Part shown: positions 1-8,849 of the stretch, one piece after another | Position numbering within the stretch: the stretch's first letter is position 1 | Layout of the letters: every line of letters begins with the position of its first letter | DNA from: Candidatus Micrarchaeota archaeon | Lineage (GTDB): Archaea > Micrarchaeota > Micrarchaeia > Anstonellales > Bilamarchaeaceae | NCBI GenBank assembly: GCA_023129075.1 | Contig: JAGMCT010000023.1 | Location: 811-64,810 of the forward strand | Reading direction: 5' to 3' | DNA length: 64,000 bases | The notes under the pieces: model-generated | Seen by the model: only the letters and a program-made list of their open reading frames with translations | Databases searched by the model: none | Told to the model about the DNA's origin: nothing | Translations under genes and position numbers: made by a program

Positions 1-233
1 TCTTTACTGGTTCTGCCCTTTTTGGATAGTGTTTTTCGAATAATTTAGTATAATTTAGTTTTTTCTTTGGGATAACCTGGGCAATCTTAGGAGTTTTGCT
101 TGGAATAAGACCGAGTTTTTTATTTTTCAGCGGTTTCTGCTTTTCCCTTGCCATATAAGTATTGTGTATAAAAATAAATAAAAAGAGTACCTAAAGGAAA
201 TGTACTTTTAAATCTTTCATTTCCAATCAATTT

Positions 234-1199
234 ATGGCAAAGAAGTATTCTGTAAATGTAAAAAAGGTAAGGGGAATACAGGCGAACATCAACAAACGAA
301 TTTTCAAGGGGCAGAAGAATGCTCTTATAGGGCATTATGCAGGAATCTTTTCTTTTGCAGGAAAGAAAATGGCTATTCATACGGACGGCGTAGGAACAAA
401 GGTGCTGGTTGCAGAGGAGCTTGAGAAATACGATACAATAGGGATAGATGCGGTTGCAATGAATGTGAATGACCTTATATGTATAGGGGCAAGGCCTTTG
501 GCAGGGGTTGATTACCTGGCGGTTGCAAAGGAGGACCCCTGGCTGATTGATGAAATAATAAAAGGGCTTGTGAAGGGGGCAAACCAGAGCGGAATTAATA
601 TTGTGGGGGGAGAAACCGCAATAATGAAGGATGTTATAAAAGGGGGGAAAAGGCCGTTTGACCTGGCGTTTACTGCAGTCGGGGTTGTGGAAAAATTAAT
701 TACCGGTGAAAAGATAAAGAACAGGGATGTGATGATAGGACTGGAGAGTTCAGGACTGCACAGCAATGGATACACACTTGCAAGGAAAGCCCTGGACATG
801 AAAAAATGGGGAAAAAAAATGCTTACTCCTACTAAAATTTATGTGAAGCCGGTGATGGAGATGGTAAGAAAGGTAAGGGTGAATGGAATTGCACACATTA
901 CGGGAGGTGCATTTTCAAAATTAACAAGGCTGAATAAGAAGATTGGGTTCTTTATGGATGAGCCAATAAAGCCGAAACCGATTTTCAATGCATTGTGGAA
1001 GGAAGTGCAGGATGAAAAGGAGATGTACAGAACCTTTAACATGGGGATTGGAATGGTTGTGGTTGTTCCTGCAAGAGAAGAGGATAAGGTATTAAAGATT
1101 GCAAAAAAGCATAAGATAAAGGCGCAGAGAATTGGGGAGATTATAAAAGAAAGTGGTGTGTTCCTTGGGAATGGAACAGCCCTTCATTATGAGAGATAA
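234..1199 (+). CDS. purM: phosphoribosylformylglycinamidine cyclo-ligase (AIR synthetase)
   Basis: 321 aa with the PurM/AIRS N-domain motif HTDGVGTK and a C-terminal AIRS_C-like region. Confidence 0.85.
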   Translation: MAKKYSVNVKKVRGIQANINKRIFKGQKNALIGHYAGIFSFAGKKMAIHTDGVGTKVLVAEELEKYDTIGIDAVAMNVNDLICIGARPLAGVDYLAVAKEDPWLIDEIIKGLVKGANQSGINIVGGETAIMKDVIKGGKRPFDLAFTAVGVVEKLITGEKIKNRDVMIGLESSGLHSNGYTLARKALDMKKWGKKMLTPTKIYVKPVMEMVRKVRVNGIAHITGGAFSKLTRLNKKIGFFMDEPIKPKPIFNALWKEVQDEKEMYRTFNMGIGMVVVVPAREEDKVLKIAKKHKIKAQRIGEIIKESGVFLGNGTALHYER

Positions 1200-1310
1200 T
1201 ATGCAAATTCGGGGGGTTATGATTAACCTACCTTCAAATTCCTTTTGGAATTTGGGGCATCGAAATCTGGAAGATTTCAATGAAGAGAAGGGGGGTGTCC
1301 CCCCTTCCTC

Positions 1311-2255
1311 TTGGAGAGGGATAATATGAAGGAAATAAATGAGATAATCAGGGATATAAAGGCAGTCAGGATACAGGGGGCAAGGAATGTTGCAAAGGCA
1401 GGAATCAGGGCGCTTATCATAACGGCAAAGAAAAGCAAAGCAACAGATAAAGAAGAACTGCACAGTGAATTAATAGAGGTTGCAAGAAAGGTCTCGGAAA
1501 CAAGGCCGACTGAGCCAATGCTGAGGAATATTCTTGAGGATGCATTAAGATTCGCAGCAATGGAGATAGCCTCTTCAAATGAGGATATTGAAAAAATAAA
1601 GGAAAATATTGTTGAGGAAGAAGAAAAATACCTTAGGAAAATGAGGAAGGGCGTGGAAAGAATATGGGAATATGGTGCAAAAGTACTTCCTACAGGAGGA
1701 AATATAATCACCCATTGCCATTCAAGCACAGTAACAGGAATATTCAAGAAAGCTTATGATATGGGTAAGGAATTCAAGGTTGTTGCATGCGAAACAAGGC
1801 CGTTGTATCAGGGAAGGATTACTGCAAAGGAACTGGCAAATTATGGGATAGATGTTACGCTTACGGTGGATATGGGGGTTTCCAGGTATATGAAAAAGGC
1901 AGATATGGTGATTGTAGGTGCTGATGCAATAACATCTATGGGGGACTTGATAAATAAAATAGGAACCTCTACCATTGCACGGATTGCAAGGATGAATGAT
2001 GTTTCATTTTTTTCAGCTGCAGAGACCTATAAATTTGACCCTTTGACGATATATGGGGTTAGGGAAAAGATAGAGGTTAGGGATTACAAGGAGGTTTGGG
2101 AAAAGAAGCCAAAGAACATAAAAATAGAGAATTATGCATTTGATGCAACAGCTTCTAGGTATATTAATGGGTATCTTACTGAGGTTGGTGTTCTTTCTCC
2201 GCAGTCTTTCTGGAGTTTTGCAATGAAGAAATTGGGTAAAGAGGTGGGGGTATGA
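1311..2255 (+). CDS. ribose-1,5-bisphosphate isomerase (eIF-2B alpha/beta/delta family)
   Basis: eIF2B-like fold motifs (GNIITHCHSSTV, VVACETRPLYQGR, VGADAI); overlaps the AMP phosphorylase gene by 4 bp, the archaeal AMP-salvage arrangement. Confidence 0.7.
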   Translation: MERDNMKEINEIIRDIKAVRIQGARNVAKAGIRALIITAKKSKATDKEELHSELIEVARKVSETRPTEPMLRNILEDALRFAAMEIASSNEDIEKIKENIVEEEEKYLRKMRKGVERIWEYGAKVLPTGGNIITHCHSSTVTGIFKKAYDMGKEFKVVACETRPLYQGRITAKELANYGIDVTLTVDMGVSRYMKKADMVIVGADAITSMGDLINKIGTSTIARIARMNDVSFFSAAETYKFDPLTIYGVREKIEVRDYKEVWEKKPKNIKIENYAFDATASRYINGYLTEVGVLSPQSFWSFAMKKLGKEVGV

Positions 2256-3904
2256 AGAAAAAACATAAAATTAAGAAAATCCTGAAAAGGAAAATCGTAA
2301 AAAAGAAAATCGTAAAAAAGAAGAATAAAAATATGAAGGAACTGAGCAGGGAGGAAATAGAAAAAAGAAAGAAAAAGGAAAAATTATGGGAAGAGCTTCC
2401 TCTTGTATGCAAGGCAAGGATTGTGGATATACATACAGGAAGGAAGATAGTTATTCTGCATGAGCAGGATGCAGAAGAAAACGAAATCCATGAAGGATAT
2501 AGAGTTGTGCTTAAGTACGGGAAAGAAAAGCATGTTGCTATAGTAAACCTTAGTTCTACCATTGTAAGGAAAGGAGAGATTGGAATATTCAGGGATATGG
2601 CGGGATTGCTGAAGGTGGGGGAAGGAAGAAAAATAAACATTCTGCACATGGAAAGACCGGCAAGCCTTGAATACATAAAAATGAAGATGGATGGTGAAGG
2701 TCTAAGCGAGGAAAGGGTAAAAATAATAATAGATGATTTGATGAGGAACAGGCTTGCAGAGCCTGATATTGCTATATGGATTAGTGCAATGTATATGAGA
2801 GGGATGGAAGAGAATGAGACCATTGCACTTACAAAAGCAATCGTTGAATCAGGGGATACGCTGGACTTGGACGCCAAACCTGTTGTGGACAAACACTGCA
2901 TCGGAGGAGTTGCAGGAAACAGAACAACAATGATTGTAGTTCCTATAATAGCAGCTGCGGGAATTTACATGCCAAAGACTTCTTCAAGGGCAATAACCTC
3001 TCCTTCCGGAACAGCAGATACAATGGAATGCCTTGCAAAAGTGAATTTTCAACTGAAGCAGCTCAGAAAAATGGTCAAGAAAGCAAGGGGGTGTGTAGTC
3101 TGGGGCGGAGGAATGAACATTGCACCGGCAGATGATAAGATGATAAAAATAAGGTATCCTTTAAGTTTGGACCCAAGAGGGGTTCTCCTTGCATCCATAC
3201 TTGCGAAAAAGAAGGCAGTGGGAGCCCAATATGTTGTTATAGACATACCTATTGGTAGGGGTGCAAAAATAGCAGACCCTGAAAAAGCAAAAGAACTAGG
3301 AAGGGATTTCATAAGAATGGGGAGCAAACTCGGGATGAATATGGAAGTTCTTATAACTGACGGGTCTGAGCCTATTGGAAATGGAATAGGGCCTGCGCTT
3401 GAAGCAAAGGACGTCCTTGAAGTATTAGAGGGGAATGGTCCTGAAGACCTTAGGAACAAATCCTGCTTAATAGCAGGTAGATTATTGGAAATGGTTGGGG
3501 AGGTAAAGCAGGGAGATGGTTACGACATGGCAAGTAAACTCGTAAATAACGGAAAGGCTTTGAAAAAGATGTATGAGATAATAAAAATGCAGGGCGGAAA
3601 ACCTCCAAATTCTGGAGATATACAATTCGGAAAACATAAATATGTTGTAAAGGCAAAAAGGAGCGGAAAGATAAGCCATATAGATAATAAAAAGATTTCA
3701 AAGATTGCAAGGGCTGCAGGAGCTCCAAGGGACAAGAAAGCAGGAATTTATCTCTACAGGCTGAAAGGAAACAAGGTGAAGAAGGGGGATATTTTGTTTG
3801 ATATTTATGCAGAAAGCAAGAACAGGTTGAATTTTGCACTTAAAGCGCTGGAGGTATGGCATCCAATAGAATTTGAAAAAATGCTTCTTGATGTGATGGG
3901 GTAA
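2252..3904 (+). CDS. AMP phosphorylase (archaeal thymidine-phosphorylase family)
   Basis: Glycosyl-transferase family 3 / pyrimidine-nucleoside phosphorylase motifs (HCIGGVAGNRTT, SSRAITSPSGTADTME). The lysine-rich N-terminal 27 aa may be absent; an alternative start lies near 2333. Confidence 0.75.
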   Translation: MKKKHKIKKILKRKIVKKKIVKKKNKNMKELSREEIEKRKKKEKLWEELPLVCKARIVDIHTGRKIVILHEQDAEENEIHEGYRVVLKYGKEKHVAIVNLSSTIVRKGEIGIFRDMAGLLKVGEGRKINILHMERPASLEYIKMKMDGEGLSEERVKIIIDDLMRNRLAEPDIAIWISAMYMRGMEENETIALTKAIVESGDTLDLDAKPVVDKHCIGGVAGNRTTMIVVPIIAAAGIYMPKTSSRAITSPSGTADTMECLAKVNFQLKQLRKMVKKARGCVVWGGGMNIAPADDKMIKIRYPLSLDPRGVLLASILAKKKAVGAQYVVIDIPIGRGAKIADPEKAKELGRDFIRMGSKLGMNMEVLITDGSEPIGNGIGPALEAKDVLEVLEGNGPEDLRNKSCLIAGRLLEMVGEVKQGDGYDMASKLVNNGKALKKMYEIIKMQGGKPPNSGDIQFGKHKYVVKAKRSGKISHIDNKKISKIARAAGAPRDKKAGIYLYRLKGNKVKKGDILFDIYAESKNRLNFALKALEVWHPIEFEKMLLDVMG

Positions 3905-3920
3905 AAAAAGAAAAAAAAGA

Positions 3921-4124
3921 TTATTGGAACTCTGGTTCAGGGAACTCGTCTTCAGTTAAATCAATCCCTAAATCCTGAATTTCCAAATCATCTAAGCTTA
4001 TGTCAAGAGGTTCGTTTACCTTTTTTTCCGTTACCTGTCCTTCCTCTTCAATCTCTTGTACCTGAGGACCGATACAACCAAAGAACAGCAAGGAAATCAT
4101 CAGTATGGTAATTATTGTTCTCAT
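3921..4124 (-). CDS. small secreted/lipoprotein-like acidic protein
   Basis: 67 aa; N-terminal hydrophobic signal ending FFGC, then an acidic tail; overlaps the upstream gene by 4 bp. Confidence 0.4.
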   Translation of the reverse strand: MRTIITILMISLLFFGCIGPQVQEIEEEGQVTEKKVNEPLDISLDDLEIQDLGIDLTEDEFPEPEFQ

Positions 4125-5011
4125 GCTTCCCCTCTTATCTCTTCTACTAAATCAACAAGCTTTTCCCTTGCCTCTCCAATCTTCGCTCTTGCTTCAAGTG
4201 CTTCCCCTGCATCATAGTATTCATCATCCCCTATAGATATCGCTTCATCTAAAAGGTCTTGAATCTCTTCCAGCTCGGTTTCATAACCTTCGGTTCTTTC
4301 CTGTATTCTTTCAAGGAAAAGATTCATTTTTTTATTGTTGAATTTGGCCCAGATGTGAAGATGTTTCATCCAGACATCTCTTCTTATTTCCAGTATATCC
4401 TCGTTTTCGTTGTCCACTGCATCCTGAAGGATTTCGGCATTTTCTTCTGCTTCTTCAAGAACATCCTCTATTTCTGAAACATCATAATCCCTTTCTTCCA
4501 TTGAATCTGTGGCGTTCTTTGCTACTTCCATCCAGTGTTCATGTTTTTCCAGTTCTCTTTCTGAGTTAGAAAACGCTGCGCTTCTGAAGCATACCTGAAG
4601 TTCGTCTTTCTTTTCATCAAAATCTGCCCTAATCTCAGCCATCATATCTGCTCTTTCCTGTCCCTTCAATCCGCTTCTAGCTTCTTTTCTCATGTCTCTT
4701 AAATATTCAGAGGTTTCTCTCCATACCTCTCTGAGGTCATCCATTGCCCCTCTAAAAGAGGATCGATCGTTATTCCCAACGGCGTCTGCAAGAACACCAA
4801 GTGAATCATCCAGTTGTTCCTTGTATTCATTTATCTCATCCTCGCTCGCATTCTCAACAAAATCAGGAACCGAATCAAGAAGAGAGCTCTGGAAAACCAC
4901 CCTGCACTCTGCCATATCATACCTGTGCGTCATTCCATAATCCCTGTAATCCCCAAAGAATCCTGCAAAGAGCATCCCAAGGGCCAACAAGCCTAGTAAC
5001 AATTTTTTCAT
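4121..5011 (-). CDS. secreted acidic alpha-helical protein of unknown function
   Basis: 296 aa; signal peptide MKKLLLGLLALGMLFAGFF; highly acidic E/D-rich body; strong six-frame ORF. Confidence 0.55.
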   Translation of the reverse strand: MKKLLLGLLALGMLFAGFFGDYRDYGMTHRYDMAECRVVFQSSLLDSVPDFVENASEDEINEYKEQLDDSLGVLADAVGNNDRSSFRGAMDDLREVWRETSEYLRDMRKEARSGLKGQERADMMAEIRADFDEKKDELQVCFRSAAFSNSERELEKHEHWMEVAKNATDSMEERDYDVSEIEDVLEEAEENAEILQDAVDNENEDILEIRRDVWMKHLHIWAKFNNKKMNLFLERIQERTEGYETELEEIQDLLDEAISIGDDEYYDAGEALEARAKIGEAREKLVDLVEEIRGEA

Positions 5012-5105
5012 TTAATCACCGAATACTTCTCAAACACCCTATTTAAATAAAAACTTTTCCAAAAGTTTTCAGAAAGTTTATAATCCTGTTGAAAGATAAT
5101 GAAAT

Positions 5106-5768
5106 ATGCGTTTTGTGTTTATTATGGTTTTGATTTTATGTATTGCCAATGCAGCCAATATACATGGAGAAGTATATGCAATAGATGGATTTGATAATCT
5201 AAACAACAGCATCATAAAAATAAGCGGAGAAGAGAACCATCAGCTGATGGTTAAAGAAGGGAACTACTCAATTGAGTTAAGAGAGGGGGAGTATGTTATT
5301 GAAGGTTTTTATTATGAAGAAGAGGAGCTTATTTATTATGCAAAATATGAATTGGAAGTTGGGGGTGAACCTCTAAGGTTTGATGTTGTTTTGTTTTCTG
5401 CGGAGATATTTGAGTATATTCCAACCATTTATATTGATGAAATTGAGTTGGATGAATTAGAAATAGAAGAGGAAACGGACTTTACATATGTGTGGGTTGG
5501 AATTGGAATCATTCTTATCTTATTTATTGTTCTGCTCCTGTTCAGAACCAAAAAGAAGAAAGCAAAACCCGAGGAATTGGACGAGGATTGTAAAACCGTG
5601 CTAAGGATTGTAAATGAGAATGAGGGGAGGATTACACAAAAGGAAATACGGGAGATATTAAACTGGTCGGACAGTAAACTAAGTCTGGTTGTAAGTGAGC
5701 TTGAACAATTAGAATTAATAAAAAGAATAAAAAAGGGAAGGAAGAATATAATTAAGGTGAGAAGATGA
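5106..5768 (+). CDS. membrane-anchored winged-helix transcriptional regulator
   Basis: Signal peptide, extracytoplasmic beta-rich domain, one TM helix (WVGIGIILILFIVLLLF), then a cytoplasmic wHTH (TVLRIVNENEGRITQKEIREILNWSDSKLSLVVSELEQLELIKR). Overlaps purP by 4 bp (ATGA). Confidence 0.55.
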   Translation: MRFVFIMVLILCIANAANIHGEVYAIDGFDNLNNSIIKISGEENHQLMVKEGNYSIELREGEYVIEGFYYEEEELIYYAKYELEVGGEPLRFDVVLFSAEIFEYIPTIYIDEIELDELEIEEETDFTYVWVGIGIILILFIVLLLFRTKKKKAKPEELDEDCKTVLRIVNENEGRITQKEIREILNWSDSKLSLVVSELEQLELIKRIKKGRKNIIKVRR

Positions 5769-6841
5769 AAATTTCTACTTTGGGAAGTCATTCTGCTTTG
5801 GATGTGAGTGAAGGGGCAAAAAAAGAAGGGTTTGGAACGCTTGTGGTGTGCAAAAAAGGAAGGGAAAGAACCTATGCAAAGCACTACAAAACCAGGGAAG
5901 TGAAAGGGGAAACCCTTGGGGTAGTTGATGAAATAATATTATTGGATGAATTTAGGGATATGGTAAAGGAAGAGGTGCAGGAAAAACTAAAGGGTTCTGT
6001 GTTTATTCCTAATCGTTCTTTTTCCGTGTATGTAGGTTATGATAATATAGAAAAAAATTTCAAGACGCCGATTTTTGGGAACAAATATCTCTTGAGGGCA
6101 GAGGAAAGGGATGTTCCAAACAACCAGTATGATTTGCTTGAGAAGGCAGGGGTTCCGCTTGCAAGAACCTTCAAACCTGAGGAGATAGATACACTGGCTT
6201 TGGTGAAGGTGCAGGAGGCAAAAAGAAACTATGAAAGGGCATTCTTCTTTGCTTCTTCTTATGGGGAATACCAAAAAAAATCGGAGGAGTTGATTTCTAA
6301 AGGAATCATAAAAAGAGAAGATTTGGAAAAGGCAAGAATAGAAGAGTTTATTCTTGGGGCGCAGTTTAATTTCAATTTCTTTTATTCTCCTTTGAGTGGG
6401 GAACTGGAACTGCTTGGGATAGATACAAGAAGGCAGACGAACCTGGATGGATTTTTGAGACTGCCCGCGGACGTACAGCTTGAAGCATTGAAATATAGGA
6501 GGGTGACTACTATTGAGACGGGACATATCTCAGCAACCCTGAGGGAATCTTTACTGGAGAAGGTGTTTAATATTGCAGAGCCGTTTGTGGAGACTGTAAA
6601 GAAATATTATCCAAAGGGGCTGATTGGGCCGTTTGCACTGCAGGGGGCAGTTGAGGAGAAGGATGGAAAGGAAAGGATTGTAATCTTTGATGTGAGTTTT
6701 AGGATGCCGGGAAGTCCGGGGACGAGATTTACTCCTTATTCTGAATACTTATATGGAAGAAGCGTGAGTTTTGGAAGAAGGGTTGCAATAGAGATTAAGA
6801 GAGGAATAGAGGAAGACAGGTTGGAAGAGATTATTTCTTAG
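5765..6841 (+). CDS. purP: 5-formaminoimidazole-4-carboxamide ribonucleotide synthetase (archaeal PurP, ATP-grasp)
   Basis: N-terminus ISTLGSHSALDVSEGAKKEGF resembles the conserved PurP N-terminus (IATLGSHTSL...GAK.EGF); ~358 aa ATP-grasp length. Confidence 0.7.
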   Translation: MKISTLGSHSALDVSEGAKKEGFGTLVVCKKGRERTYAKHYKTREVKGETLGVVDEIILLDEFRDMVKEEVQEKLKGSVFIPNRSFSVYVGYDNIEKNFKTPIFGNKYLLRAEERDVPNNQYDLLEKAGVPLARTFKPEEIDTLALVKVQEAKRNYERAFFFASSYGEYQKKSEELISKGIIKREDLEKARIEEFILGAQFNFNFFYSPLSGELELLGIDTRRQTNLDGFLRLPADVQLEALKYRRVTTIETGHISATLRESLLEKVFNIAEPFVETVKKYYPKGLIGPFALQGAVEEKDGKERIVIFDVSFRMPGSPGTRFTPYSEYLYGRSVSFGRRVAIEIKRGIEEDRLEEIIS

Positions 6842-6848
6842 GGGTAAA

Positions 6849-7007
6849 ATGTCTAACGTTTATGAAAAAGTAAACAATGTATGGAAATCTACCTGTAAGA
6901 TATTATTCAGGCAGGAAATAGGAGATGGATTTCCAGGCACGGTTAAGGGTTTCATCTACTTCTTTTTGCATATACAGAGATTAGGAATAAAGGGTTTTAA
7001 TCCTTAG
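6849..7007 (+). pseudogene. N-terminal remnant of the A/B paralog family (decayed copy)
   Basis: Translation MSNVYEKVNNVWKSTCKILFRQEIGDGF matches the conserved family N-terminus (YEKVNNVWKSTCRIIFGEEIGEL) for ~25 aa, then diverges and stops after 52 codons. Confidence 0.6.
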
Positions 7008-8784
7008 TCTTTTTTGGTTTTTCTTTTTCTGAGATTACTTCTTCTGGTTCCTTTACACGTTTCTTTCTCCAGTGCTTAAGGTCCACAGTTTTTACCTTCA
7101 TGGGGATGGTATATCGCTCGCCATCAAAAAATCTGGCAACGCATTCCCTAACTTTAAGATTAGTAAAGATGTTCTTTTTCTCTTCCTCAAGCTCGGAGGG
7201 GGCGATTTTCTTCCTAAAGAACTCCTCAACCTTCATGTCCATGATAGAACTGATATAACCTGCATCCTGCTTGCTCAGGCGGAATGCAACTACATTGTAA
7301 ACATTCGTAAGAATACTATCAAGGATTTCCTTTTGTATCTGCCCTAAATACTGAAGAGAAAGACAGAGAGAAAGATTGAACTTTCTGGTTTCAGAGAGAA
7401 TGTCCTTTACAACAAGGGTTTCAACAACCGGAAACTCATCAATAATAAGAATCGTGGGCTGATTGAGTTTGTGGGTAATTGCAAAGATATACATCTGCTG
7501 AATGATGGCTCCTGCAAGGAACTTAATCATTCTTCTGCCGAAGAAATGGGGGTCAAAGGAAATTATAGTAACGTCGTTTTTCTCTATAAGATCCATAAGA
7601 CGAACAACGTTCTTGTCCTTTCCTATATAAAGCTCATATTCGCTGACAAAGTTAAGGATTGGCAGAACAGCATCGTTGAAATGATGCAGATAGATATCAT
7701 CAAACTCAACGCTGAAGAACCTTTTTACTTCGTCGTTTTCAACCATACTGGCAAATTCCATCCTTTTTGAGGAATCAGTAAGCAATAGGTTTATGTTTTC
7801 CAGGCTTAGCATATTTAGTTCTGAAAGCAGATAAACTGCATAGAAGAGGATTCGCTCAGAATACTTATTCTGTTCTCCTATGACGGAAATCATTAGCTGG
7901 ACAATGAGCTGGGTAGTCATAGGGTTCTTTTCCCTTCCTATCTCAAGCGGCTCAATATAATCATTCTTAAAGTCTACAACCTTTCCTTCAATAAGCTTGG
8001 ATAATTCATTGTGGGGGTCTATAATCACAATTTTCTGACCCTTGTGCTTGGCTGAGATTGCCTTCACAAGCATTTCAAGAAGCTTGCTCTTTCCTGTTCC
8101 TGACATGCCAACGAACAAAGAATGCTTGAATACGTCAAAGTTCTCCACTCCTATTGTAGAACCATCAATCTCAAACAGGGGTTTTTCCGAATGCATGTGC
8201 ATGGTTTTCAGGAGAGGGTGGTCCAGCATCTCCATAAAAAAGGAGGGGTTCTTCTCTAAATCAATCTCAAAGAATTTCTCTGGATTGAGAAGAAATACTG
8301 ATTTTCTCCACCCATCCTCGTTAACTGCACTCCCCCATCCAAAAAGCTTTCCAAAGATAGGAAACGTGCGTATATTCAACTGTGTGATGCGCTGTTTTAC
8401 GAGGAAATCAAAAATGTTTAAATCCTTGAAGATATACAAACCAAACGGGATTCCTCCTTTTTTTATCTCATCAGTGTGTTTGCTCTCCCCTATGGGTCTG
8501 AATGGAAATATCAATGAACCGAGCTTCTTGAGTCTATCGTAGTCTCCTTTCAGAAACACCCTTACAGTATTTGCCTTTTTAAGAAAGACCATTTCAGTAG
8601 CTCTGAAGGGGAAAACAAGGCTGAAATCAAGAAAATCAAAACCAGGAACATCCCATTTAAGGAGAGTAGTGAGGAAACGGTTCCAATCGTTTATGGATAC
8701 CTTTGGGGAATAGAGGGAAAGTTCTATGGGGTTATCTTTTTTCCAGTTAAACATTTGTATCCACTTTCTAACATTCTTTTTCAC
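6997..8784 (-). CDS. P-loop ATPase of the FtsK/HerA superfamily (HerA/VirB4-like, DUF87-type)
   Basis: 595 aa; Walker A GMSGTGKSKLL at ~aa 228 and Walker B ILIIDEFP at ~aa 445, separated by a long insertion as in HerA; N-terminal ~220-aa domain. Same strand and immediately downstream of the split A|B pair. Confidence 0.6.
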   Translation of the reverse strand: MKKNVRKWIQMFNWKKDNPIELSLYSPKVSINDWNRFLTTLLKWDVPGFDFLDFSLVFPFRATEMVFLKKANTVRVFLKGDYDRLKKLGSLIFPFRPIGESKHTDEIKKGGIPFGLYIFKDLNIFDFLVKQRITQLNIRTFPIFGKLFGWGSAVNEDGWRKSVFLLNPEKFFEIDLEKNPSFFMEMLDHPLLKTMHMHSEKPLFEIDGSTIGVENFDVFKHSLFVGMSGTGKSKLLEMLVKAISAKHKGQKIVIIDPHNELSKLIEGKVVDFKNDYIEPLEIGREKNPMTTQLIVQLMISVIGEQNKYSERILFYAVYLLSELNMLSLENINLLLTDSSKRMEFASMVENDEVKRFFSVEFDDIYLHHFNDAVLPILNFVSEYELYIGKDKNVVRLMDLIEKNDVTIISFDPHFFGRRMIKFLAGAIIQQMYIFAITHKLNQPTILIIDEFPVVETLVVKDILSETRKFNLSLCLSLQYLGQIQKEILDSILTNVYNVVAFRLSKQDAGYISSIMDMKVEEFFRKKIAPSELEEEKKNIFTNLKVRECVARFFDGERYTIPMKVKTVDLKHWRKKRVKEPEEVISEKEKPKKTKD

Positions 8785-8849
8785 TTATAATAAGGAGTAA
8801 GAATGTTTTTAAATATATGCTTATTTACATAGAAAAACATAAAAAACAC

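Noticed and set aside
2252-2332. Lys-rich N-terminal 27 codons of the AMP phosphorylase as a separate feature such as a nuclear-localisation-like or nucleic-acid-binding tail
   Set aside because: Cannot be distinguished from an over-extended start call without homolog alignment; kept as a note on the CDS.
1092-2901. Several 60-240-aa minus-strand ORFs (1092-1463, 1277-1747, 2176-2901)
   Set aside because: Antisense to purM, the isomerase and the AMP phosphorylase; the translations are low-complexity S/F/I-rich, typical of AT-rich antisense frames.
8042-8542. 166-aa plus-strand ORF
   Set aside because: Lies entirely antisense within the well-supported HerA-like ATPase gene; low-complexity translation.
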